Part shown: positions 15,383 to 23,707 of the stretch, piece after piece | Layout: each line of letters begins with the position of its first letter | Numbering within the stretch: the first letter of the stretch is position 1 | The notes under the pieces: model-generated | Databases searched by the model: none | The model's input: only the letters and a program-made list of their open reading frames with translations | Told to the model about the DNA's origin: nothing | IMG/VR virus record: IMGVR_UViG_3300032253_000143 | Location: 1 to 25,953 of that record | Length of the DNA: 25,953 bases | Source: a virus | Taxonomy: Duplodnaviria > Caudoviricetes | Direction: 5' to 3' (one strand) | Translations under genes and position numbers: made by a program

Positions 15383-16288
15383 ATGGCAAAGAATTTAGAA
15401 ACCGGTTGGCTATGTGTTGGTCGAAGTGGCGACACCATCGATGGGCGCATAATTTCAGAACAAGATGTCTTAGATGCTGCTGAGTTTTACGATCCTAAAT
15501 TTTATACCGCCGTTATTTGGCCAGAACATAAACGTTGGTTTAGCCTGGGCAAGGTTACTAAAGTAAAATCTGAAAAAAACACCGAAGGCGGTGTTGATCT
15601 TTTTGCAAAGCTTCAACCCAATGATTACTACTTACAAATGAATGCGGCAGGGCAGCGTTTGTTTACCTCGATGGAACTTCCTCCTAATTTCAGAAAAACA
15701 GGCAAGGCCTATTTATATGGCCTTGGCGCAACTGACCAACCCGCTTCTATTGCGACTTCCGAAGTTATTTTTTCAGACCTTAAGTCTAGAAAAGACGTTG
15801 ATGTTGAGGTTGATGCTTTACTTATTAGCCAATATACAAAACATCCCATCAATATCGACGTTCAAGATTTAAATGATGAAGAACCGGGCTGGTTTAAAAG
15901 ATTCAAGAAAAAACATTTCTCTAACAATGATTCAGAGGCCGACATGAAGAAAGAAGATTTTGAAAAATTTGAAGCACAATTAAAAGAACTTACTGACAAA
16001 GTGAATAAGTTTACCGCTGCTGAAAAACAAGGAGCGGAAAGCGAAGAGACAGAAGAACAAAATTTTTCTGACTTATCAAAAAAAGTCACAGACCTTACTG
16101 AACGCTTTGCTGCTATTGAAAAAACAGTGGTTGACAAGGACAAAGGTGACGGTGCTGAAGAACATTACGCCAACTTAAAATCTGCGCTTGAAGATTTAAC
16201 AAAAAAATTCAATGCGGCGCTTGAAGAAAGCGGCGGTACGGCTGCTGGCGAAGATACCGGCGGCGAAGATTTAAACGCATACGTTTAA
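15383..16288 (+). CDS. Capsid scaffolding/protease protein (P2 gpO-like)
   Basis: W.CVGRSGDTIDGRII, YDP..YTAVIWPEH, LFTSME, GKAYLYGLGATDQPASIAT, with an acidic coiled-coil C-terminus. Confidence 0.95.
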   Translation: MAKNLETGWLCVGRSGDTIDGRIISEQDVLDAAEFYDPKFYTAVIWPEHKRWFSLGKVTKVKSEKNTEGGVDLFAKLQPNDYYLQMNAAGQRLFTSMELPPNFRKTGKAYLYGLGATDQPASIATSEVIFSDLKSRKDVDVEVDALLISQYTKHPINIDVQDLNDEEPGWFKRFKKKHFSNNDSEADMKKEDFEKFEAQLKELTDKVNKFTAAEKQGAESEETEEQNFSDLSKKVTDLTERFAAIEKTVVDKDKGDGAEEHYANLKSALEDLTKKFNAALEESGGTAAGEDTGGEDLNAYV

Positions 16289-16343
16289 CTTAAAAAAACA
16301 GATTTATATTTTATAAATATATCAATTAGGCAGGAATCTGATT

Positions 16344-17345
16344 ATGAGCAATATTAGTACGCAAGCACAACAAAAGATTAATGATTTACATAAGTTTACT
16401 GCACAGGCCTATGGCGGTGTAGTCGGTAAACAATATGCGGCTACGCCGACTATTGCTCAAACTTTAAATGAGAAAATCATTGAAGACGGTAATTGGTTCC
16501 TTCGTATGATTAATGTTATCCCTGTTTCTGAAATTTCAGGTGAAAAAGTCTTTATGGGCTTGTCAGGTAGCGTATCTGGTCGAACAGATACCAGTGGCGC
16601 AGGTGAACGTACAGCTAAGAATTTGGTTGACTTAAATGGCGATTTATATGCGCTGAAGAAAACAGACTCTGATGTTGCTTTACGTTATGCCACGATTGAT
16701 GCCTGGGCTAAGTTTAAAGACTTCCGTGAAAAATATGGCAAGGCTGTACGCCAAGCGATTGGTAATGACCGATTAAAAGTTGGTTTTGTGGGTACTTCGG
16801 CTGCGGCGACTACGGTTGCGGCGGACTTGTCCGATGTCAACATTGGCTGGTTAGAACAAATTCGGACTTATAACGCAGGTTCTCAATATGTATTAGGTGC
16901 TTTAGGTTCTGTGACATTAGGCGGGGCAACATTCCCTAATCTTGATTCGCTTGTTTATGACGCATTAAATACGATTGAAATTCAGCACCGCGAAGATCCT
17001 GATTTGATTGTGTTAGTTGGTCGAAATGTTATGCAGGCGGCAAAAGGCTCTTATTACGATAACCAGGGCGGCACACCAACTGAAAAACAAGTGATGGAAG
17101 AAAAGCAAACCTTCGACACTTATGGCGGTTTACGGGCTTACGTTCCTCCTTTCTTTGACCCTGATTCAATTTTAGTGACATCAATGAGTAACTTGTCTAT
17201 CTACTGGCAAGAATCTAGCTGGCGTCGTCAGCAACTTGATAATCCTAAAAAGGATCAGTATGAAGATTTTAATACGCGTAACGAAGGTTATGTGATTGAA
17301 CAGCTTGGTAAGACTTCATTGGTTCAAGGTATCGAGTACGCATAA
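16344..17345 (+). CDS. Major capsid protein (P2 gpN-like)
   Basis: FLRMINVIPV, SGRTDT, IDAWAKF.DF, DVNIGWL, NLDSLV, PPFF, LSIYWQESSWRR, NEGYVIE. Confidence 0.96.
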   Translation: MSNISTQAQQKINDLHKFTAQAYGGVVGKQYAATPTIAQTLNEKIIEDGNWFLRMINVIPVSEISGEKVFMGLSGSVSGRTDTSGAGERTAKNLVDLNGDLYALKKTDSDVALRYATIDAWAKFKDFREKYGKAVRQAIGNDRLKVGFVGTSAAATTVAADLSDVNIGWLEQIRTYNAGSQYVLGALGSVTLGGATFPNLDSLVYDALNTIEIQHREDPDLIVLVGRNVMQAAKGSYYDNQGGTPTEKQVMEEKQTFDTYGGLRAYVPPFFDPDSILVTSMSNLSIYWQESSWRRQQLDNPKKDQYEDFNTRNEGYVIEQLGKTSLVQGIEYA

Positions 17346-17356
17346 TTTAATAAAAA

Positions 17357-17381
17357 ATGACCGCTTAACATAGGCGGTCAT
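17357..17381. terminator. Stem-loop after the capsid gene (terminator or mRNA stabiliser)
   Basis: ATGACCGCTTA-ACA-TAGGCGGTCAT, 11-bp stem with one G-U pair. A-tract on the left side and only a weak T-tract on the right. Confidence 0.6.
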
Positions 17382-17413
17382 ACCTTATTTATTATCTATT
17401 TATTGGTGGGAAT

Positions 17414-18121
17414 ATGGCTTTTAAAAGCAAACTGCAAGCAATTAAAGAAGAGCAAATAAAGGAAGACAAAGATTTTTATGCGCCAAAAGAAAAAACAGAT
17501 CTGTCTGGTTTAAAACAAGACAGTAAATCTGATAATTTATTTGAACAACTTCAGGCGGCGATGCAAGTTGATATTGCGCGTTTAAAAGCTGAGAAGAAAC
17601 TAGAAGATAAGGTTCGTATTAAGTCTGAATTACTTCCGAACTATTTTTCCTTTGTGAATGACTACGTTGAACAGGGGTACGATTATCCTTGTGATGTTGC
17701 TGTGCAAGTAATGGTTTGGATGTTTGATGTTGGTGATATTGAAGCCGCACTTACATTAGGGCTCCATTTAATTGCTATTGGAAACCAAAAATTACCAAAG
17801 CAATTTAATCGTGATATTCCAACTTTTATTGCTGATGCTATGTACGACTGGGCAAATGAACAGTTGAAAAATGAACAGACAGCCAGCCCTTATTTAGATT
17901 TATTTACCTCTATGGCTGAAAAATCTGATTGGGATTTACATCCTGCTGTAATCAGTAAGAATTTAGTCATGATGGCAAAGCACAAGTTCCGTGAAGGCGA
18001 TTTTAAGATGTGCGTTAAATTCTGTGAGGATGCTGAAAAGGCCAACCCAAAAGGCGCAGGTGTTAAAACTTTAAAGGGCAAGGCTATGGATAAAGTCATG
18101 GCTGGAGAAGATATAACTTAA
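17414..18121 (+). CDS. Terminase endonuclease subunit (P2 gpM-like)
   Basis: K.ELLP.Y, VMVWMFDVGD.E.AL, P.QFNRD.PTFIAD, AGVKT. Located after the capsid gene. Confidence 0.92.
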   Translation: MAFKSKLQAIKEEQIKEDKDFYAPKEKTDLSGLKQDSKSDNLFEQLQAAMQVDIARLKAEKKLEDKVRIKSELLPNYFSFVNDYVEQGYDYPCDVAVQVMVWMFDVGDIEAALTLGLHLIAIGNQKLPKQFNRDIPTFIADAMYDWANEQLKNEQTASPYLDLFTSMAEKSDWDLHPAVISKNLVMMAKHKFREGDFKMCVKFCEDAEKANPKGAGVKTLKGKAMDKVMAGEDIT

Positions 18122-18221
18122 AAGGCTCCACCTACCGGAACCTAGCAAACGCGAAATAAACAATACTTTTGTATAGCTTTAACTTCGTGCTTTGTTCCGG
18201 TATCTAAACATAGGATTTTAA

Positions 18222-18722
18222 ATGTCACTTACAGGCAATCCAACTCTAACTACTTCACAGCCTCTGGTTAATGATGGCTTTTGGCTGGATGTGGCTGTGG
18301 GTGATTTAATTAGCAAGTATCGTATTCCGTCTGAGTATGCGGATGACACGATTAAGACAGGTTTGTTGCTTGCCATTGTTCGTGTTAACGAAAAATTAAA
18401 ACGCGCTAAAGATGAAATGATTGTGTTGGGATACAACACGTTTCAGCTTTATTTAAATAACAACTCTAATTCTGTTGCCGGTGCTGAGTTATTACACATT
18501 CATTATGAACATGCTGTGTTTAGCCGAGCCAAGGCTTTTTTATTGCAACAGTTTAAAACCATGAACCGCCGTGACGTTGCTGAGAACGAAGCAAAAGAGT
18601 CTGAAGAAACGGAACAGTTTTGGTTGGATGAAAGTGCTAAATCTATTGCGGCCATTATGATGGAGTTTTTTCCAACTGAAACACATGTCGCAAATAACGA
18701 TGTTTACGTGTCGAGTATATAA
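18222..18722 (+). CDS. Head completion/stabilisation protein (P2 gpL-like)
   Basis: NDGFW.D, YRIP, YEHAVFSRAKAFLL. Synteny after gpM. Confidence 0.88.
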   Translation: MSLTGNPTLTTSQPLVNDGFWLDVAVGDLISKYRIPSEYADDTIKTGLLLAIVRVNEKLKRAKDEMIVLGYNTFQLYLNNNSNSVAGAELLHIHYEHAVFSRAKAFLLQQFKTMNRRDVAENEAKESEETEQFWLDESAKSIAAIMMEFFPTETHVANNDVYVSSI

Positions 18723-19172
18723 ATGATTAAGCTTGGACAACTCCACCAGTTTTTAGTCAATCTTGATTTGGTTGCGGCTGAACAGATTGATAGCTGGGTT
18801 GAAAATCCGAAGATTGTACCGAGCGGAAAAAAATTAAGTGCTGATGGCATTATTTTATTTAGACAAGAATATGACGCGGTTTTTTCGATAGAGCGTTATC
18901 CGCACCAAAAGCATGATGTGAATTTATTGTTTGGCCAGCTCTGCGCCTGGCTAATGGAAAACGATGGTGATCGGGATGATATACCAGAGCCGATTACTGA
19001 CGTGGATATTCTTGATAACAATACAGCAGATATTGAAATAACAATATCTTTTGAAGAAGACGTAGAAGCGATTGAAGATGTGAATGGAACTATTTCTCTG
19101 AATGGTAAAACGTATAGCCTGGGTGATGCTGTTGTTGATATTGCAGAAGATGGTGAGGTTAAGAGTGAGTAA
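18723..19172 (+). CDS. Tail completion protein (P2 gpR-like, HP1 type)
   Basis: KL.QL..FL, IDSW, YDAVFSIERYP, AWL.END.DR, ADIEITISFEE. Synteny. Confidence 0.82.
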   Translation: MIKLGQLHQFLVNLDLVAAEQIDSWVENPKIVPSGKKLSADGIILFRQEYDAVFSIERYPHQKHDVNLLFGQLCAWLMENDGDRDDIPEPITDVDILDNNTADIEITISFEEDVEAIEDVNGTISLNGKTYSLGDAVVDIAEDGEVKSE

Positions 19173-19845
19173 CGCTATTCACATGGATGTTGAAGGGTTG
19201 CTGCCCTGGAAACGACAAATGCAGTTGCTGGCTATGCCAACAAAGCTGCGTAGACGATTAATTTACCGAGTAGCAAAGCTCGTTATTCGTGATAGTAAAA
19301 AACGTGTTCGTAAACAAGTTGATTTAAAAGGTCGGCCTTTTGAAAAAAGAGCGAGAAAACGTAAAGGGAAAATGTTAGCGCGGTTAGCTAAACAACTAAA
19401 AATTATTAATAACAATAGCGTTAAGGCAGAGGTGGGCTTTAATAGTGCTGTTGCGGGAAAGATTGCAAGTAAGCAACAGCATGGTGCAACTGAAACAGTG
19501 AGTGCGCGTTCAATCAGTAAAAAAAGTTTAGCGGCATCACAAGATAGTCCTGCTACTCGTAAACAGGCTAGAGCTTTAAGAGAGGCCGGGTTTGAAATTA
19601 AAAAGAAAAGTGGCAAAGGTAAAAAGAAGCCTTCGTTAAAGTTTATTACAGAGACTTTTACAATAAGTCAAGCCGGTGCCATTTTAAGAGCGTTACGAAT
19701 TGAAGCCGGTGAAACAATTAAAAAGAACTGGACTACTGTGTTACCAGCACGGTCGTTCCTTGGTGCTACTGCTAAAGAAGTGTCGCAATACATCGAGATG
19801 GTATTTAAACAAATGAAACAGGAGATATCCCGTGGCGTTAGGTAA
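19165..19845 (+). CDS. Virion morphogenesis protein (P2 gpS-like)
   Basis: RVRKQVDLKG.PF..R, KML, QQHG, PATRKQARALR..GF, LPARSFLG. Probable GTG start at 19165 overlapping the previous stop. Confidence 0.85.
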   Translation: MSNAIHMDVEGLLPWKRQMQLLAMPTKLRRRLIYRVAKLVIRDSKKRVRKQVDLKGRPFEKRARKRKGKMLARLAKQLKIINNNSVKAEVGFNSAVAGKIASKQQHGATETVSARSISKKSLAASQDSPATRKQARALREAGFEIKKKSGKGKKKPSLKFITETFTISQAGAILRALRIEAGETIKKNWTTVLPARSFLGATAKEVSQYIEMVFKQMKQEISRGVR

Positions 19846-20962
19846 AGTTGCAGTAAATGCGTTGAATTTAGCGCAAGGACCATTCCCAGAAGTTGAAAAG
19901 TATTTTCTTTTTATTGGGGTATGTGCCGAAAACCAAGATACTATTTTGTATTTAAATACTGATAGTGATTTAGATGTTGAATTAGGCGTTGCTGATTCAG
20001 AGTTAAAGCGACAAGTAGAAGCAGCAAGGCTTAATGCTGGTGATGGTTGGGCTTGTGTAGCTGTACCTGTTGCTGATGGCACGTTATGGGATGCTGCTGT
20101 TGATTTAGTAATGAATGCTAATGTTAAAGCAGAATCGGTTGTTATTTGTACGCCGGTGACCGCACAGGCCGAGTTAACCGCTATGTATGCCAAGTCTGTT
20201 GAAATTAAAGCGGAGTTTGGTCGACGTTTATTTTTTATTGCTGCGGCGGCTGCGATTGACCCAACACCGGTATCAGGGCAAACGTGGGCTCAGTACATTG
20301 CAGCTTTAACACCTTACACAGATAGCCTTAGTGCTTTTCGCGTGACAGTGGTGCCGTATATTTTTGATGATGCTGTTGGTATTTATGCTGGTCGACTATG
20401 CAACCAACAAGTAAGCGTGGCGGACTCCCCCATGCGTGTGGCTACAGGTTCTATTGTTGGACAAGACCAATCAACTTTGCCGGTTGATATTAACGGGGTT
20501 GTTTATTCAAACGCGCATGCTAAAGCGTTAAATGACCAGCGTTATTCGGTGCCAGCTTTTTATGCTGACTACCCCGGGGTTTACTGGTCGGATGGTGAAA
20601 TGCTGGATGTTCCTGCAGGTGATTATCAAAAAATTGAAAACTTGCGTGTTGTTGATAAAGCTGCGCGCGCGGTTCGTATCGTTCTTATTGCCCTTGTGGC
20701 TGACCGTCGCTTTAGTTCAGACCCGGCTGGTGAAGCCTGGGCTGTTGGAAAACTTATGCGACCACTGCGTGAGATGAGCCGATCAACTGTATTTCAGGGA
20801 ATTCCTTTCCCTGCCGAATTACGACCACCTAAAGATGGTGACATTGCTGTTACATGGATTACTCGCACGCAGGTGGAAGTGTTCATGAAGGCGCGACCTT
20901 TCGATATTCCAAAAAGTATTACAGCGAACATTATGCTGGATCTTTCTGCACCCACTGTTTAG
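19832..20962 (+). CDS. Tail sheath protein (HP1-type, DUF2586-like)
   Basis: MALGKVAVNALNLAQG..PEVE..FLFIG, AGRLC, VADSPMRVATG, RYSVP.FY.DYPGVYWSDG, DYQ.IENLRVVDKAAR. Confidence 0.9.
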   Translation: MALGKVAVNALNLAQGPFPEVEKYFLFIGVCAENQDTILYLNTDSDLDVELGVADSELKRQVEAARLNAGDGWACVAVPVADGTLWDAAVDLVMNANVKAESVVICTPVTAQAELTAMYAKSVEIKAEFGRRLFFIAAAAAIDPTPVSGQTWAQYIAALTPYTDSLSAFRVTVVPYIFDDAVGIYAGRLCNQQVSVADSPMRVATGSIVGQDQSTLPVDINGVVYSNAHAKALNDQRYSVPAFYADYPGVYWSDGEMLDVPAGDYQKIENLRVVDKAARAVRIVLIALVADRRFSSDPAGEAWAVGKLMRPLREMSRSTVFQGIPFPAELRPPKDGDIAVTWITRTQVEVFMKARPFDIPKSITANIMLDLSAPTV

Positions 20963-20972
20963 GAGTTAAAAA

Positions 20973-21425
20973 ATGGGTATTAAACATATTTCAGGACAAG
21001 ACTTTGATGTAATGGTTGGGGATTTGCTTGTACACGTTGAAGCATTAAGTGCCGCAATTACAGACAATACAAAAGCCACCATGACAGGCGGTGTTCCGGA
21101 CGGCTATGTCAGCGGCGATGTAGCTTGTAGTGGTGATATTGAAGTTGATACTAAGAACTTTAATCTCCTGGTTGAGGCAGCGCGTTCCGTCGGTAGCTTT
21201 CGTGATTTAAAACCTTTTGACATTAACTGTGTTGCACTGGTTGGCGATGAGAAAATGACGCAGGAACTCTTTGGATGCAAGCTGAATGTTTCTGATTTAA
21301 TTAATATCGATCCAAAAGGCGCTGAAAAGAGCAAACACAAGGTTACCTTTGAAGTCACTGATCCTGATTTTGTAAGAATCAATGGCGTTCCTTATCTTGG
21401 TGAGAGTGATACCAGGGGAATCTAG
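20973..21425 (+). CDS. Tail tube protein (HP1-type, DUF2597-like)
   Basis: ISGQDFDV, ITDN, GVPDGYVSGDV, FGCKL, VTDPDFVRINGVPYL. Confidence 0.9.
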   Translation: MGIKHISGQDFDVMVGDLLVHVEALSAAITDNTKATMTGGVPDGYVSGDVACSGDIEVDTKNFNLLVEAARSVGSFRDLKPFDINCVALVGDEKMTQELFGCKLNVSDLINIDPKGAEKSKHKVTFEVTDPDFVRINGVPYLGESDTRGI

Positions 21426-21520
21426 TGCTAATACCTTTAACCTTACAACCTTTATCATTTGAGCCGCTGGCCTTAACGCCCGTTGCTCTTAGTTAAATAA
21501 TTTAATTTGCGAGAGTATAA

Positions 21521-21766
21521 ATGAACATTTTTAACAATGAAATATCAGCCGCAAAAACAACAACAGGCTTTTTAATGAAGGCAGGTCAAACTTTGACTGT
21601 TAACTTTTCTGCAACTGGTTCTGTCGATATTGAATATAAAAGTTCTGATAATTGGATTCTTTTAGGATCTGTTATTAATGATAGTGCTCAAGTAGCCAAT
21701 GGGAATATGGTTGTTCGCTTAAAAATAACGGCCAATACAGGTGAAATTGACGCAGCAATTACTTAA
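21521..21766 (+). CDS. Hypothetical protein, beta-rich
   Basis: 81-aa ORF with a GAGAG RBS, between tail tube and lysin. Confidence 0.65.
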   Translation: MNIFNNEISAAKTTTGFLMKAGQTLTVNFSATGSVDIEYKSSDNWILLGSVINDSAQVANGNMVVRLKITANTGEIDAAIT

Positions 21767-21777
21767 GCGGTTTAAAT

Positions 21778-22365
21778 ATGAAAAAGTTTACAACTAAAAA
21801 AATTATTGCCGCGCTTAAAAAACATAATCATCCATTTTTTAAGGGCGACTATAACTTAAATTTAATTGGTGTTCGATCTAGCGATACAGACGCTAATACA
21901 TTTAATGATTTTCTGGTTGTGTTGTGTGAAATTGATGGAAAACAGGAAATGTATGTCTTCCCAATGACTACTGACCCGGGCGTTTATTATCGAGAGTCGC
22001 CTATTAATGTAAATGGCACGGCAGTGCTTGTTCCTGGTCATTATAGAGCTTGTTGGAAAATTGGTGCTCATCGTGGCCAATACCATGCCTTGGTTCAGCG
22101 TGGAGAAATGGCTGTTTATCGTGATAATAGCCATGACTCGGAAATTGATTTTGATGGAAGTTCTGTTGAGACAGGTTTTTTTGGTATTAATTTACATCGT
22201 GCGAACAAAAACCGTTCTTCTTTGCGAGTCGATAAATGGTCAGCCGGTTGCCAGGTGTTGGCTAACCCCGAAGATTTTGATTTTGTAATGAAGTTGGTTG
22301 ATGAATCCGCTAAAAAGTATGGTGATAAGTTTAGTTATACATTGCTAGAGGAAGATGATTTATGA
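21778..22365 (+). CDS. Putative endolysin with an L,D-transpeptidase (YkuD)-like catalytic motif
   Basis: GINLH-x14-SAGCQV fits the H-x14-17-[ST]xGC motif. Also TTDPG and AVLVPG. Located at the start of the lysis cassette, before spanin and holin. Confidence 0.7.
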   Translation: MKKFTTKKIIAALKKHNHPFFKGDYNLNLIGVRSSDTDANTFNDFLVVLCEIDGKQEMYVFPMTTDPGVYYRESPINVNGTAVLVPGHYRACWKIGAHRGQYHALVQRGEMAVYRDNSHDSEIDFDGSSVETGFFGINLHRANKNRSSLRVDKWSAGCQVLANPEDFDFVMKLVDESAKKYGDKFSYTLLEEDDL

Positions 22366-22886
22366 ATATGAAAAATATTGTTGCTCTTTCCCCTTATCTT
22401 ATTGTTATTGCTTTGGTGGTGTTTCTTCTGGGTATGTGGGCAGGTTATGACTGGCGAAGCACGATTGCAGAAGCTGACCAGGCAAAAGCGGTTAAATTTG
22501 CGCTTAAAAAACAAGCTGAAAATAACGCTATTTCTCGGGCTGAGGAATTAGCTTTTATTAAGTCGCAACAAAAAACAAAAGTAGTTTATCGTTCTATTAC
22601 TAAAGAGGCTCCTAAATATGTTTCAGCTACGCAAAAAAATGATAGTGCTTGTAACGTCTCTATTGGTTCTCTCCGGTTGTTCGACCATGCAGTCAGTGAG
22701 CGAATGCCCGAAGCCGCCGCCACTGTTAACTCAAGAGATACCGAGCCTTCCAACATTACAGAAGAGCGACTAATTAATTACAGCTTAAGTAATATTGAAA
22801 AATACAATAAGGCAAAAAATCAATGTAACGGTTTAATTCGATGGGCAAAAAATATAGCCAAAAACAATGCTAACAAGGAAAATTAA
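22362..22886 (+). CDS. Inner-membrane spanin (Rz-like)
   Basis: N-terminal TM segment followed by an Ala/Lys-rich helical region. Contains an embedded lipoprotein gene in the +1 frame. Confidence 0.8.
   Translation: MNMKNIVALSPYLIVIALVVFLLGMWAGYDWRSTIAEADQAKAVKFALKKQAENNAISRAEELAFIKSQQKTKVVYRSITKEAPKYVSATQKNDSACNVSIGSLRLFDHAVSERMPEAAATVNSRDTEPSNITEERLINYSLSNIEKYNKAKNQCNGLIRWAKNIAKNNANKEN
22618..22773 (+). CDS. Outer-membrane spanin lipoprotein (Rz1-like), embedded in Rz (51 aa, not in the ORF track)
   Basis: AGAGG RBS. MFQLRKKMIVLVTSLLVLSGC|STMQSVSECPKPPPLLTQEIPSLPTLQKSD* has a lipobox LSGC and a Pro-rich mature part with a second Cys. Confidence 0.85.
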   Translation: MFQLRKKMIVLVTSLLVLSGCSTMQSVSECPKPPPLLTQEIPSLPTLQKSD

Positions 22887-22887
22887 A

Positions 22888-23211
22888 ATGCTAGAAAAAG
22901 ATCCAAGCACGTATTCATACATCACTTACGCATGGGTTTTTCTCGTGGCAATTTGGGGCGGCTCTGTGAATTACTTGCGTAAACGGCGCGAAGGCATTAT
23001 TCCTGTTTTTTCTATTACAGAATTTGCCGGTGAATTAATGACATCGGCATTTGCAGGTTTAATTACTTTTTTTCTCTGTGAGGCGGCACAGTTTAATCCG
23101 ATGCTTTCTGCAGCATTAATTGCTATATCTGGCCACATGGGTTCTCGGGCTATTTTCATGCTTGAGAAATACTTACAAAAACGTGTACCAGGTAATACAG
23201 ATAAAAAGTAA
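22888..23211 (+). CDS. Holin (LydA-like family)
   Basis: MLEKDP...WGGSVNYL...AFAGLITFFLCE...AISGHMGSRAI, about three TM segments. ATG 22888 follows an AAGGA RBS. Confidence 0.87.
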   Translation: MLEKDPSTYSYITYAWVFLVAIWGGSVNYLRKRREGIIPVFSITEFAGELMTSAFAGLITFFLCEAAQFNPMLSAALIAISGHMGSRAIFMLEKYLQKRVPGNTDKK

Positions 23212-23252
23212 AGCTGGAAATAATCAATTTTTTAAAAAAGGTGGAGAGAGAA

Positions 23253-23549
23253 ATGTCACATGTAATAACAGTAACCGTTGCGGATGTTGATGTTAATTTT
23301 AACGTAAGTGATGATGATTTTAACAAGTATATTAACGATCAGATGCCGAATGAAAAAGTGAGCTCGGCTTATAATTTCTTGAGCCGTACTGTCGATGAAG
23401 ACAGTAAAGAAGAATTTAAAAAAATAGCCTTAAACGGTGCTGTGCCTAAAGGCTTGGTGGTAATGCAGATTGTGGGCGTTGTTGCTGAAGAGTTTGGTAG
23501 CGGGGTAGCCATAAGTTTAAAAAAGCCGAAAGAATCGCCAGCGGAATAA
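23253..23549 (+). CDS. Tail assembly chaperone (HP1 type)
   Basis: FNKYINDQMPNEKVSSAYNFLSRTV. Lies before the tape measure gene and contains a slippery A AAA AAG. ATG 23253 follows a GGAGAG RBS. Confidence 0.85.
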   Translation: MSHVITVTVADVDVNFNVSDDDFNKYINDQMPNEKVSSAYNFLSRTVDEDSKEEFKKIALNGAVPKGLVVMQIVGVVAEEFGSGVAISLKKPKESPAE

Positions 23550-23707
23550 AGGCCAACGGCTTGCACCAGATGACTTGTTTGGTGCATCACTGGTTTCCAA
23601 ACACACCGGTGACCAATGAAAGTATGGGCGAAGCGTTGTATATGGAACAACGTTACTGGGAAAACATGAAAAACGCAGTTGCTGCGGGGATTAGCGAAGT
23701 ACTCTAA
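23519..23707 (+). CDS. -1 frameshift extension of the tail assembly chaperone (lambda G-T / P2 E-E' analogue)
   Basis: In-frame A AAA AAG at 23519-23525. The -1 frame reads AERIASGIKANGLHQM...ALYMEQRYWENMKNAVAAGISEVL* and ends at 23707, directly before the tape measure ATG. Confidence 0.8.
   Translation, partial: KKAERIASGIKANGLHQMTCLVHHWFPNTPVTNESMGEALYMEQRYWENMKNAVAAGISEVL

Noticed and set aside
19102-19164. Upstream ATG start for the gpS-like gene
   Set aside because: It would overlap the previous gene by about 70 nt. GTG 19165 has a GAGG RBS and couples to the upstream stop.
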